Shown here piece by piece: positions 30,929-41,733 of a stretch of 64,000 nucleotides of DNA (its first letter is position 1; each line of letters starts with the position of its first letter). The notes under the pieces were generated by a model that saw nothing but the letters and a program-made list of their open reading frames with translations, was not told where the DNA came from and did no database searches. The DNA is from Promethearchaeota archaeon Loki_b32. Lineage in GTDB: Archaea > Asgardarchaeota > Lokiarchaeia > Sigyniarchaeales > SOKP01. The position numbers and the translations under genes are program-made. Where the stretch lies: positions 26,202 through 90,201 of the forward strand of contig NJBH01000014.1 in the NCBI GenBank assembly GCA_005223125.1, read 5' to 3'.

Positions 30929-31540
30929 TTAAAATCTTAAATTATCACTTACATTTTCAAAATCATTGGCTAATTTCCTTGTTTCTTGGTTTCCACATCT
31001 TTCACATCGGAGCTTATTATACCCTATTTTTATAAGGGGTTTTCCACAGATTACACAATCGGCGTAGATAACTCCAAGATTTTTTCCCGTTGTACTTAAT
31101 TTGTATTCATTGTAATTTTGTTCTACTACACGAGCACGTACGATATCTGTTATTTGAAAGGCATCACGGATTTTTTCAACATATCTGTCTGAAATCTGAG
31201 ATACATGAATATTACCAAAATAATGTGAATTAAAATGAATTTTATTATTTATAGTATAAAAACTAATACCAACTGAATATTGACGTGAAAAAAGGATAAC
31301 CCCAATAACCATATCTCCAACTTTAACGATTTTTCTTTCCTTTTCTTGATGGGTACTTATCTCGATTTTTCTTTCTTGCTTATTAATTGAAATCATACCT
31401 GTTTTAGTAGCATAGATTTTTCCTTCTTTAGTAAAGGTAGATTGTTTATCAGGGAGAAATTCCTCTACAACACCGAGATATTCACCTGTAACTGTAATAT
31501 CCCCATCCTTTAGAGATTTTTTACTCAAATATATCAACAA
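30929..31540 (-). CDS. csl4: Exosome RNA-binding cap protein Csl4
   Basis: GEYLGVVEEF, S1 domain IHVSQI...DIVRARV, LGVIYADC..C...CERCG..ETRKLA. Confidence 0.93.
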   Translation of the reverse strand: MLIYLSKKSLKDGDITVTGEYLGVVEEFLPDKQSTFTKEGKIYATKTGMISINKQERKIEISTHQEKERKIVKVGDMVIGVILFSRQYSVGISFYTINNKIHFNSHYFGNIHVSQISDRYVEKIRDAFQITDIVRARVVEQNYNEYKLSTTGKNLGVIYADCVICGKPLIKIGYNKLRCERCGNQETRKLANDFENVSDNLRF

Positions 31541-31643
31541 TAGTTTTTTAATTTCTCAAACTCTTTTCTAACTTAAGTAAATAGTATTAAATAAGATAAA
31601 TAAATTTGATGTATCAATTTTAAAAGAGTAAACATTTTTTCGG

Positions 31644-32288
31644 ATGAAATTTAACAAAAAAGAGTTAATTTCTATTATTCAGAACACTGAGACATTCACT
31701 AGCCCTATAATCGAGTTAGAGCAGTACTCTGTAAATGCTTCCTGTGCTGTAGATATTATATATTATGCTGGTTTTGAATTCAATGACATTAATCAAGCAT
31801 TTGTTTATGATTTAGGTGCTGGAACAGGAAGGTTATCTATTGCAAGTGCCTTTTTCAATGCAAGTTATGTTCTTAGTGTAGACATCGATATAAACGCTTT
31901 AAAAATTTTAAAGAAAAATGTTCATTCTCTTGAATTAGACAATATAATATTTCCCTTATGCGCTGATATTGAGTTCTTTGAAATTTCACAAAGAGCCTTT
32001 TTAAAAAAGGTGAAAGTAACAACTATCATGAATCCTCCTTTTGGAGTGCAAACTAAATATGCAGATAGAATTTTTTTAAAAAAAGCATTTAAATTTTCTG
32101 ATATTGTTTATTCTATTCATTTAGCAAATAAGAAAGTCTTTAATTTCATTTCAACCTATATTAACAAGCTAGGCTGGAAAATAGACAATGTACTTCCTTT
32201 CAATATGATTTTAGAAAAGACTTTTCCATTTCATACTCAAAAAACTAAAAAAATTGATGTACATATTTACAGATTTATCAAAAAATAA
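31644..32288 (+). CDS. METTL5-like N6-adenine RNA methyltransferase
   Basis: LEQY, DLGAGTGRL, NPPFG, YSIH, FPFH. Confidence 0.9.
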   Translation: MKFNKKELISIIQNTETFTSPIIELEQYSVNASCAVDIIYYAGFEFNDINQAFVYDLGAGTGRLSIASAFFNASYVLSVDIDINALKILKKNVHSLELDNIIFPLCADIEFFEISQRAFLKKVKVTTIMNPPFGVQTKYADRIFLKKAFKFSDIVYSIHLANKKVFNFISTYINKLGWKIDNVLPFNMILEKTFPFHTQKTKKIDVHIYRFIKK

Positions 32289-32311
32289 AAAAAGGGATTA
32301 ATTAGTTAAAA

Positions 32312-33616
32312 TTATATAAATTTTTTCCACGAATCTAAATTTTCTGGGTAAATCGCATTATCTCCTAATATTTCTTCTATTCTTAGCAATTGATTGAACT
32401 TGCATGTTCGATCTGATCTACATGTAGCACCTGTCTTTAACTGTCCGGTACAGAGTCCAACCGCTAAGTCAGCTATAAATGTATCTTCAGTCTCTCCCGA
32501 ACGATGTGAGACCATTATATTAAATCCGTTATCAAAAGACATTTTTGCTGCTTTTATAGCTTCAGTTAATGAACCTATTTGATTCGCCTTGAGTAATAGT
32601 GCATTTCCTGCTTTTTCTTTTATTGCTTTTTCAAGAATTTTAATATTTGTCACAGTTAAATCATCATCAACAATTTGAATACTTTTATCGACTTTAGCGG
32701 TTAAATTTGAGAAGTTTCTAAAATCCTTTTCATCGAAAGGATCCTCAATAGATTTAAATGGATATTCATGGATTAAATCCATATAAAACTCCAGTAATTG
32801 TTCTTCAGAAAGATTTTTACCATCAATATTGTAAGTTCCCTCTTCATAGAATTCGCTTGCTGCAGCATCCATTCCTAACACAAAATCTGTCCCTATAAGA
32901 AATCCTGCGGACTCAATTGCTTCTATTATTATCTCCACAGCTTCTGAAGTTAAAGATAAATTGGGTGCAAATCCTCCCTCGTCCCCAACATTAATCGCAG
33001 AAGGTCCATATTTCTTTCCTAATAATTTCTTTAAATTTTGATACACTTCAGAAGCATTTTGTATAGCTTGGGAAAAAGAATTAGCACCAACAGGTAGAAT
33101 CATAAATTCTTGTATTGATAAATTGTTACCTGCGTGTTCTCCTCCATTTATGATATTACAACAAGGAAGAGGGAGTAAATAATTGTCTCGAGTTTTATTA
33201 TATGCTAAGGTATGGATATGAGCAAAGAGAGGTATTTCCATTAATTGAGAAGCCAATTTTGCAGTAGCTAATGAGACAGATAAAATTGCATTAGCACCTA
33301 AATTACTCTTATTTTCAGTACCATCTATAGAAATCATTTCTTCATCGATCACTAATTGTTCCCTGACATCAAAACCAATTAATTTTTTACCTATTATTTC
33401 ATTTACGTTAGATACGGCTTTTAATACATGTTTTCCCATGAATGCTTTTCCACCATCTCGTAGTTCAAGTGCTTCTAAAACTCCCGTGGATGCTCCTGAG
33501 GGAACAGCAGCTCTGGAATAATTTTTTCCTACGAATACATCAGACTCAACAGTAGGATTTCCTCGTGAATCTAAAATCCACCGTGATTTAATTTTAGTAA
33601 TTTTAAAATCAGTCAT
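32312..33616 (-). CDS. eno: Enolase
   Basis: [30 protein letters not shown]. Confidence 0.98.
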   Translation of the reverse strand: MTDFKITKIKSRWILDSRGNPTVESDVFVGKNYSRAAVPSGASTGVLEALELRDGGKAFMGKHVLKAVSNVNEIIGKKLIGFDVREQLVIDEEMISIDGTENKSNLGANAILSVSLATAKLASQLMEIPLFAHIHTLAYNKTRDNYLLPLPCCNIINGGEHAGNNLSIQEFMILPVGANSFSQAIQNASEVYQNLKKLLGKKYGPSAINVGDEGGFAPNLSLTSEAVEIIIEAIESAGFLIGTDFVLGMDAAASEFYEEGTYNIDGKNLSEEQLLEFYMDLIHEYPFKSIEDPFDEKDFRNFSNLTAKVDKSIQIVDDDLTVTNIKILEKAIKEKAGNALLLKANQIGSLTEAIKAAKMSFDNGFNIMVSHRSGETEDTFIADLAVGLCTGQLKTGATCRSDRTCKFNQLLRIEEILGDNAIYPENLDSWKKFI

Positions 33617-33720
33617 ATAAATCTCATTGTTTTTTTATGGATATGAATATTAATAAAGAATTAAGCAAATTTAATTCTTAATATATACTAATATAAAAAT
33701 TTAAATCATATTTAAATAGC

Positions 33721-34692
33721 ATGTCAATTGAGAACCGACCATGGGTTGAGAAATATCGCCCTAGATTACTGGATGAAGTAGTAAATCAGCTTGGTATTAT
33801 CAGACGCTTAAAACAATTTATAAAAGATAAGTCTATGCCTCACCTTATTTTTGCGGGGTCCGCAGGAACAGGAAAAACAACTTCTGCTTTAGCTATGGTC
33901 AGAGAATTATATAAACGAGAGATGGTTGTCAATAGGACATATTTAGAATTAAATGCCAGTGATGCTCGTGGTATAGATGTAATTAGAACCTATATAAAAG
34001 ATTTTGCAAAAGCACGTCCTCCCGTAAATATTCCATTTAAAGTATTAATTTTAGATGAAGCTGATAACATGACTGCTCCTGCTCAACAAGCTTTAAGAAG
34101 AACTATGGAAAAGTACACAAAGAATTGTCGAATGGTTTTGATATGCAATTATTCAAATAAAATAATCCCACCAATTCAATCTAGGTGTGTAGTGTTTAGA
34201 TTTGCTTCTTTAAATGATAATGATTTAAAAAGTAGGGTAAGATTTGTTGCAAAACAAGAAAATATTACTTTAGCTCCTGGAGGTCTAAATGCTATAATAG
34301 AAGTTTCTCGGGGTGATTGCAGAAGAGCAATAAATTATCTGCAATCCTGTGGCACAATTTCTAAAAAAATTGATCAAGAGATTGTATTTCGTGTTGCAGG
34401 AGAAGTTCCTCCTGATAAAATAAAAGAAATTTTAAATACTGCAATAGAAGGACAATTACAACTATCTATCAAGTTACTTGATGATTTAATTAAAGAATAT
34501 GGGCTTTCAGGTCAAAATATAATAAAAAATTTGCATAGAGAAATTTATGATCTGAAAATTCAAGAAACTTTAAAAATAGAATTATCAAAATTACTAGCTG
34601 AATTTGAATTTCGTTTAAGTCAAGGGGGCACAGAAGAAATTCAGCTACAAGCATTATTGGCTAAAATTGTCTTGTTGCAAAACTCTGAATAA
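33721..34692 (+). CDS. rfcS: Replication factor C small subunit
   Basis: PWVEKYRP, Walker A GSAGTGKT, ELNASD, LDEAD, QSRC; no intein. Confidence 0.97.
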   Translation: MSIENRPWVEKYRPRLLDEVVNQLGIIRRLKQFIKDKSMPHLIFAGSAGTGKTTSALAMVRELYKREMVVNRTYLELNASDARGIDVIRTYIKDFAKARPPVNIPFKVLILDEADNMTAPAQQALRRTMEKYTKNCRMVLICNYSNKIIPPIQSRCVVFRFASLNDNDLKSRVRFVAKQENITLAPGGLNAIIEVSRGDCRRAINYLQSCGTISKKIDQEIVFRVAGEVPPDKIKEILNTAIEGQLQLSIKLLDDLIKEYGLSGQNIIKNLHREIYDLKIQETLKIELSKLLAEFEFRLSQGGTEEIQLQALLAKIVLLQNSE

Positions 34693-35511
34693 ATGACTTT
34701 TAAGACCAAACTTTAAATGTTTCCTTGAGAAAAAGTTATTCATTCTTTCCTTGGATTTTAAATCTTCCACAAATTCGATTTTCTCATTATACATAATATC
34801 CCATAAAATTAAACCTTCAGGATCAGCTGATTGATAAGAAATTACTTTTGATGTATCAAATAACTCTATGAAATCCTCATAAAGCATCTTTCCTTGACCG
34901 AGATCTAAAATTTTTTTAACCATTCTTCTAATCTGTTGCCTTAAAAACGATTGACTTTTAAATTGAAAGATTAAATAATCATTGTGAATCGAAAATGTAA
35001 CAAAATTCATATCTCTTATAGTATTTATTACGTCCCTTTCTGATTTTGAGAAATTTAAAAAGTCATGACGGCCTTCTAATTGTCTACAAGCTGTTTTTAA
35101 CATTTCTATATTTATCCCTGAAGTTTTTTGAAGATGAGATATTGGTACTGATACAATATATACATAATGTCTCAAAACAGCATCAAATCTAGAAGAGAAC
35201 TCTAAAGGTACCCTTGCATATGCCCAAATACCAATTTCACTTGGTAAAACACTATTAATTTCCATTAATATTGGTTCTTTTTCTAAAATGCATGTGAAAC
35301 AAGCTCCCCGAGCAGATACAAATCGATCAGTTCTGCTGGCAAATTCAAATTCTGAATTTTTAAGCGTACGGATATATCCTCTATTTTCTAACGCACTTAA
35401 GAGTGATTGTTCTATTGTCAAGAAACTAGGTTGTCGTTGCGATCCATAAAATTTTTTTTTTCCTATATAATAAATTTTAAATAGAAACTTAGATTTTGCC
35501 ATGGACATCAT
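34654..35511 (-). CDS. truA: tRNA pseudouridine(38-40) synthase
   Basis: YGSQRQP, SRTD..VSA, HDF.NF, FLRQQIRRMV. Confidence 0.92.
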   Translation of the reverse strand: MMSMAKSKFLFKIYYIGKKKFYGSQRQPSFLTIEQSLLSALENRGYIRTLKNSEFEFASRTDRFVSARGACFTCILEKEPILMEINSVLPSEIGIWAYARVPLEFSSRFDAVLRHYVYIVSVPISHLQKTSGINIEMLKTACRQLEGRHDFLNFSKSERDVINTIRDMNFVTFSIHNDYLIFQFKSQSFLRQQIRRMVKKILDLGQGKMLYEDFIELFDTSKVISYQSADPEGLILWDIMYNEKIEFVEDLKSKERMNNFFSRKHLKFGLKSHLFRVLQQDNFSQ

Positions 35512-35684
35512 ATCTTTAATTTTTTAATAAAAATTCCAAATCACACAAACTCTTTTCATATTATATTGAATTTTACAAAATGTTAGATTAAAGAAAAAGA
35601 TTTTAATCTTAAGCATTTTTTTTATATTCAAAATTTAATTATGGTTATTAAATTAGTTCATCATAAAATTTTAAAAGTTTAATC

Positions 35685-38600
35685 ATGGTCAAGATCTCTG
35701 CTTCACTAAGGAATTTCCGCGATCGCATCAGAACATCAATATCCGTGAAATCACGTAATATACTTTTTTTTCTGGCATTATTTTTAGTAGTAACTCTAGC
35801 TATTCTTATTAGATTAAGCCCACTTATAAGAGGGATAACACTTATTAAAGCATTTGATCCTTGGATCCAATGGTATAATGCGGAATATTTAAATGAACAT
35901 ACACTTTTTGAATATTTTAATTGGGTCGATTATAAAAGCTGGTATCCTGAAGGATATTATAGAGGAAGTCTACGACCGGGATTAACTTTTACAGTAGTAT
36001 ATATTTATAAAATATTTCATTTTTTTGGATTACCAATTTCATTATACGACATTTGCTTTATCTTTCCAGCTATTATGGGGGGAATAACTGTACTAGCTAT
36101 ATATTTTTTAGGAAAGGAAGTACTTAATCGTGCTACTGGATTATTCGCAGCATTCTTTTTAGCATTCAATCCAGGATATTTACAGCGTACCACTGCAGGA
36201 TTTTTTGATAATGAAACTATTGGTGTTTTTGCTACTTTAATGACATTTCTATTCTTTATAAAGGCAGTAAAAGAAGGAAAAGTTTCACATTCAATAATTG
36301 GAGGTATTTTTTTAGGTTATTTATCATTAAGCTGGGGAGGATATCAGTTTGTCTTTTTAATAATCCCTCTTATTAGTATAATTCTGATTTTAACAAATAA
36401 ATATAATGAAAATGTTTTATTATCTTATGCTGGAGTGGAGGGTACTGGATTACTAATATTTTCTTTATATAACAGATTTAGTTATCAAAGTTTATTCTCA
36501 GATCTAAGTATAGGAGGGCTCTTTCTTTTTACGATTATTTTAATTATTTTTCACATCATTTATACAAAAAAAAGTGAACACCCAAAATTTTATGATAACT
36601 TAATAAATATTATAAAATGGGGTTTTATTCCCACTACCCTAATATTTGCCGTAATAATTTGGGTTGCACCTGAGCTTATTCCTTTTGGATTTGGCTCACG
36701 GTTTTTGACAATTCTCAATCCTCTATTTCGTGAAAATGTTGCCCTTGTTGCTTCAGTTGCAGAGCAAATGCCGAGTGCATGGAGTGTGTTTTATTATAAT
36801 ACATTAATTCCGTTATTACTTGTACCTTTAGGTGTTTATTTCTGTTTTAAAAGGTTAAATGTAGCAGATATTTTTTTAATTGCATTTATTATCCTTATGT
36901 ATTATTTTACCGGAAGTATGATTCGTATTATTTTAATTTTTGCTCCAGCAGCAGCATTAGCAGGAGGTTATGGCGCAGCTCGAGTTTTAAACATTTTTGG
37001 GAGCTTTATAGGAGAAAAAAAGGTGGGAGTTAGTAGAAAACGGAGAAGACAGTTAAAAGGAACATTAGGAAATTCAGAAGTTTTTGCTGTATATCTTGTT
37101 ATAGGTTTCTTATGCATTGCACAAGTAGTTCATACATCTAATATTGCTATTAAGCAAATGTCGTATGCACAGATGATGCCTGGTGGTGCTCTTCATGATT
37201 GGGAAGAATCGTTGACATGGATGAAAAATAATTTAGATGGAACAGATGTTGTTGTTTCTTGGTGGGATTATGGGTATTGGCTTACTCCAGTGGGAAATGT
37301 AACTACGGTAAATGACAATGCAACGAGGAATTCAACTAGAATAGGTTTAACAGGTATGGCCTTGATGCAAACTAATGAACTCTATAGTGCGAAAGCATTT
37401 CGAAAACTTTATGCCGATTATGTGTTAGTATATTTTGGATATCTTATAACGGGAATAGGTGGCGATGAAGGAAAATGGACATGGATGCTTCAGATTTGTA
37501 ATGATAATTATGCAAAATATAAAAAAATGGGAATGGAAGAAGATAATTGGGCTGAAAATGCTGTATTCGACGAGAGCCAATATCATAATTTAACAACAGG
37601 ATATGTAGAAGATAAATGGTTTAAAAGTATGTTAGTTAAATTGATGTTTGCTGGAGAGCCCACCGATACTGAATCCGCTCAAACTGATCTTCAAGAAAGT
37701 TATGTTAGGGCCATAGAGAACAGATATACTGCCAATGGAGATACATGGAAATCTCAAATACCTGTTGGTGGGGATTATAAATCCATGGTATTCATTCCAG
37801 AATATGTTTCGAAATACCACCTCGTAAAGATATATAGGATTGATTATACTATATTAGATTCCAGTTTTATGATTAAGGATGCGGAAGTATTTGACAGTGG
37901 ATATGCTACATTTAAATTGAGAAATACAGGAAAAAAAGATTTACTCATCCAAAATATAGAAATCAATGGAGTTGAGTATCCTTTTGTTGTAGGGAGTGGA
38001 AATAATACTATTGCTGATGGAAATGAAGAACTAGTTTGGATTGATACAGTAAATTCAAGTCTCCAAATAGATGATGTTGTAAAAATAAACGTCACGGCTC
38101 AATCAGAAGCTTTATATGATAGAACCTACGTTTTCAATAATGGAACAAGCAACTTTTTCGTTAAAGAGGCCCCCGAAGGTGAAATTAGAATTAATAAGGA
38201 AAACAGCATAGTAATTTGGAAGGATGATTCCACCGTTGATTTGTATCTAGAAGTGGAAAATGTAGGAGACTCAATTGTGATTTTAGATAGGTTTTATGTA
38301 AATAATGATACATTAGAAAATACAATTACCAATGAAAAAGTTCAATATTTAAGTGGTTCTTCTATCCTTGAACCAACAGATAAGGTTAATGTTCTTATAT
38401 CAAATGCAATAATAGATTTTGACCCTATTAGAATATATAATAAGATCGGTATAGCTACTCCAAACAATATATATGACGAATTATTATTCACATCAAATAA
38501 AGAAGGCTTTTCCCTTTCAATATTGAGTGAGGATCGGATTATATCTCCAGAAGAATTAGCAACTCTTAATGGACATTTTAGGAAACATATTCCAATCGAT

Positions 38601-39560
38601 TTAGACACATCATTTGCTTACATTTACGACAATGGAAGTATGATTTTACAAATTACTGTAAAAAATACAGGAGATATAATATTTATTCTTGATTCCGTGT
38701 ACTTAACGGAGACTTTAGAAAAAGTTAGCTTTGAAGGTGGAGATTTAATAGACAAGAATGAAGAGAAAGTAATTATTGTAGATATTGCAGATATTTCAAG
38801 TGTTAACGGTGTTGCTGGCGATGTTAACGAAGAAATATTAGTTTGTGTCACTGGATATTTTGATGATACTGTTTCTTCCGATATTGGATATATTCATACA
38901 ATTAGGGAGGAACCAGATATCCAAATTATTGAAACCGTCGAAGATAATACCGTGTCTTATATATATGCAAATGAAACAGGAAGATTGGTAATTAAAAATA
39001 CTGGAAACGAATCGGTTAATCTTGATAGTATTTATGTTAACGGTACTTTAGTGGATAATATTGAATATGTGTATGGAGATTCTTCACTAGATATTCAAGA
39101 ATGTGCTTTAATTTCTTTTGATATTCCAACTCTTAAAATAAATAAATCCGATGATATTGTAGTGAATATTACAACTATTTCCAATACTTGGTATGAAACA
39201 AAACTTAGTGCAATAGTTGATAATGAATTTTACAATATTACAATTGATGCTGAAATTACTAGAATCGACCTTAGTGATAATGAAGTCAAAATAAAAATAG
39301 TAAATAATGGACTGTTGAATTTAACAGTTGATTCAATATATATTAACGAAACTTACATCCCCCTTGATAGTTTTATTTTTGAAGATGGAGCCTTTTATGA
39401 AATTAGTAATCTTGGTGGTTCAATTACTATTACAATGTCCGTTGATGATCTAAAAATATTAATTGGTGTTGACCCTCTCAATTTTGACGATAAATTAATA
39501 ATATTTGTCCGTACTGTAGAAGGTGCTGAAGATACTCAAGAAGAATTTGTAAAGAACTAA
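35685..39560 (+). CDS. aglB: Oligosaccharyltransferase AglB/STT3 with a long C-terminal repeat extension
   Basis: FDPW, FDNE, SVAE, WWDYG, DEGK..WM motifs and many TM helices. Confidence 0.95.
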   Translation: MVKISASLRNFRDRIRTSISVKSRNILFFLALFLVVTLAILIRLSPLIRGITLIKAFDPWIQWYNAEYLNEHTLFEYFNWVDYKSWYPEGYYRGSLRPGLTFTVVYIYKIFHFFGLPISLYDICFIFPAIMGGITVLAIYFLGKEVLNRATGLFAAFFLAFNPGYLQRTTAGFFDNETIGVFATLMTFLFFIKAVKEGKVSHSIIGGIFLGYLSLSWGGYQFVFLIIPLISIILILTNKYNENVLLSYAGVEGTGLLIFSLYNRFSYQSLFSDLSIGGLFLFTIILIIFHIIYTKKSEHPKFYDNLINIIKWGFIPTTLIFAVIIWVAPELIPFGFGSRFLTILNPLFRENVALVASVAEQMPSAWSVFYYNTLIPLLLVPLGVYFCFKRLNVADIFLIAFIILMYYFTGSMIRIILIFAPAAALAGGYGAARVLNIFGSFIGEKKVGVSRKRRRQLKGTLGNSEVFAVYLVIGFLCIAQVVHTSNIAIKQMSYAQMMPGGALHDWEESLTWMKNNLDGTDVVVSWWDYGYWLTPVGNVTTVNDNATRNSTRIGLTGMALMQTNELYSAKAFRKLYADYVLVYFGYLITGIGGDEGKWTWMLQICNDNYAKYKKMGMEEDNWAENAVFDESQYHNLTTGYVEDKWFKSMLVKLMFAGEPTDTESAQTDLQESYVRAIENRYTANGDTWKSQIPVGGDYKSMVFIPEYVSKYHLVKIYRIDYTILDSSFMIKDAEVFDSGYATFKLRNTGKKDLLIQNIEINGVEYPFVVGSGNNTIADGNEELVWIDTVNSSLQIDDVVKINVTAQSEALYDRTYVFNNGTSNFFVKEAPEGEIRINKENSIVIWKDDSTVDLYLEVENVGDSIVILDRFYVNNDTLENTITNEKVQYLSGSSILEPTDKVNVLISNAIIDFDPIRIYNKIGIATPNNIYDELLFTSNKEGFSLSILSEDRIISPEELATLNGHFRKHIPIDLDTSFAYIYDNGSMILQITVKNTGDIIFILDSVYLTETLEKVSFEGGDLIDKNEEKVIIVDIADISSVNGVAGDVNEEILVCVTGYFDDTVSSDIGYIHTIREEPDIQIIETVEDNTVSYIYANETGRLVIKNTGNESVNLDSIYVNGTLVDNIEYVYGDSSLDIQECALISFDIPTLKINKSDDIVVNITTISNTWYETKLSAIVDNEFYNITIDAEITRIDLSDNEVKIKIVNNGLLNLTVDSIYINETYIPLDSFIFEDGAFYEISNLGGSITITMSVDDLKILIGVDPLNFDDKLIIFVRTVEGAEDTQEEFVKN

Positions 39561-39690
39561 TTTTCTAATTTTTTATTAATCTTTTAATAAAAATCTTAAG
39601 TTATAGAATATTAGAATATCATAAGTCTTATCTCCAATAAATTGACTTTACTTTTATATTAAATAAGTGTAAAATTGATCTTTTATACTC

Positions 39691-41697
39691 ATGATAGTCG
39701 AATTTAAATTAGAATCCAAATTTATTCCTACGGGAGACCAACCCAAAGCTATAAATGCTCTATCTAATAATATTTCTAAAGGTAAACGATTTCAAACATT
39801 ATTAGGAGCTACCGGTACGGGAAAAACTTTTTCGATTGCTAATTTAATTCAAGAAATTCAGAAACCAACTTTAATGATGGCTCCAAATAAAACTCTAGCT
39901 GCTCAATTATATAATGAATTGAAAGAGCTTTTTCCTCATAACTCGGTTCATTATTTTGTAAGTTATTACGATTATTATCAACCTGAAGCTTATATGCCCG
40001 TATCTGGTTTATATATTGAGAAAGATTTTAGTGTTAATGAGGAAATTGAACGATTAAGGCTAGCAGCAGCGCATGCTATAAGAACAAGAAGAGATGTAAT
40101 TATTGTAGCATCTGTATCCTGTATTTATGGACTGGGAAACCCAGATCTCTGGGAAAAAATAGCTCTATATTTAGAAGTGGGTATAACCATAAAAAGATCT
40201 GAAATGTTAAAGAAACTTGTAAAAATGAATTACGAGAGAAACGATATTGAATTTAAACCTGGAAATGTACGAGTAAAGGGAGATGTAATTGATATCTATC
40301 CGGCATATCTAAATAATGCCGTAAGAATCTCTCTCTTTGGAGATGAACTTGAATCAATTACAGAAATCCATCCTGTCTCTAATAATCCAATTAAAAATGT
40401 GCCGAATTATAGAATATTCCCTGCTACTCATTTTATTATTCCAGATGAGAATAAAGTGAAAGCACTTGAACTCATAAGAGAAGAGTTGGAAGAGAGAATC
40501 ACATTTTTTAAAAATCAGAAGAAGTATGCTGAAGCGGAATGGATTGAGAAGAGGGTTAAATTTGATTTAGAAATGATGAAAGAAATGGGGTGGTGTAAAG
40601 GTATAGAAAATTATTCTAGACCTCTGGATGGTAGACCGAAAGGTACACCTCCTATGACTTTAATTGATTATTTTCCAGATGATTTCTTGATTGTAGTTGA
40701 TGAATCTCACATAACTATTCCACAAATTCATGGAATGATTGGTGGAGATCGCTCCCGTAAAAAAAATCTCGTAGATTTCGGATGGCGTCTACCAAGTGCT
40801 TATGATAATAGACCTCTTACATTTGAAGAATGGGAAAGTAAAATTAAGTATATAATTTTTATGAGTGCTACACCAGGAAAATATGAATTAGGAAAAAGTG
40901 GAGGGATTTCTGCAGAACAAATAATACGACCAACTGGTCTTGTTGATCCGATGGTAGAAATAAGGCCTGCAGAAAATCAAATTGATGATTTATTAGGAGA
41001 AATCCGAAAAACTATCAAAAAGAACGGTAGGATTCTTGTAACAACTCTCACAAAGAGAATGGCTGAAGATATTGCAGAGTACTATAATGAACTTGGATTA
41101 AAAATAACGTATTTACACTCCGAAGTAGATACGATTGAAAGGTTTGAGATTTTACGTCAATTGAGAGATGGAACTTTTGATGTTTTAGTAGGTATTAATC
41201 TTTTAAGAGAAGGTTTAGATCTCCCAGAAGTCCAATTGGTTGCTATTTTAGACGCTGATAAACTAGGGTTTTTAAGAGATACTCGTTCTCTAATACAAAC
41301 AATTGGTAGGGCTTCTAGAAATGTTGAAGGAAAAGCAATATTATATGGAGATAGAATTTCACCCGCAATGAAAGCAGCAATTGATGAAACAAATAGGAGG
41401 AGAAATAAACAGATTAAACATAATGAAGAAAATAAAATTACACCTCAAACAATTAAAAAAAATATTTTAAATTCTCTTTCAGAAGAACAAGAATTTAAAG
41501 AAAGAGACGTCAAAAAGCTAAAACAAAAAGTAAAAAATCAAATTGAAGAATTAGAAAAACAAGGGGATATTGAAGTTGTAATTCAATATCTTGAAGATAA
41601 GATGTTCATGGCAGCGAAAGAACTTAGGTTTGAAGATGCTGCTTACTTGAGAGATAAAATAAAAGAAATTAAAAAATCTAATGAAATAACAGCCTAA
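39691..41697 (+). CDS. uvrB: Excinuclease ABC subunit B
   Basis: GATGTGKT, YYDYYQPEAY, DESH, GINLLREGLD, C-terminal FEDAAYLRD. Confidence 0.99.
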   Translation: MIVEFKLESKFIPTGDQPKAINALSNNISKGKRFQTLLGATGTGKTFSIANLIQEIQKPTLMMAPNKTLAAQLYNELKELFPHNSVHYFVSYYDYYQPEAYMPVSGLYIEKDFSVNEEIERLRLAAAHAIRTRRDVIIVASVSCIYGLGNPDLWEKIALYLEVGITIKRSEMLKKLVKMNYERNDIEFKPGNVRVKGDVIDIYPAYLNNAVRISLFGDELESITEIHPVSNNPIKNVPNYRIFPATHFIIPDENKVKALELIREELEERITFFKNQKKYAEAEWIEKRVKFDLEMMKEMGWCKGIENYSRPLDGRPKGTPPMTLIDYFPDDFLIVVDESHITIPQIHGMIGGDRSRKKNLVDFGWRLPSAYDNRPLTFEEWESKIKYIIFMSATPGKYELGKSGGISAEQIIRPTGLVDPMVEIRPAENQIDDLLGEIRKTIKKNGRILVTTLTKRMAEDIAEYYNELGLKITYLHSEVDTIERFEILRQLRDGTFDVLVGINLLREGLDLPEVQLVAILDADKLGFLRDTRSLIQTIGRASRNVEGKAILYGDRISPAMKAAIDETNRRRNKQIKHNEENKITPQTIKKNILNSLSEEQEFKERDVKKLKQKVKNQIEELEKQGDIEVVIQYLEDKMFMAAKELRFEDAAYLRDKIKEIKKSNEITA

Positions 41698-41733
41698 ATA
41701 GCTATCATTAAAACATTACCATAAGGGTATAGA

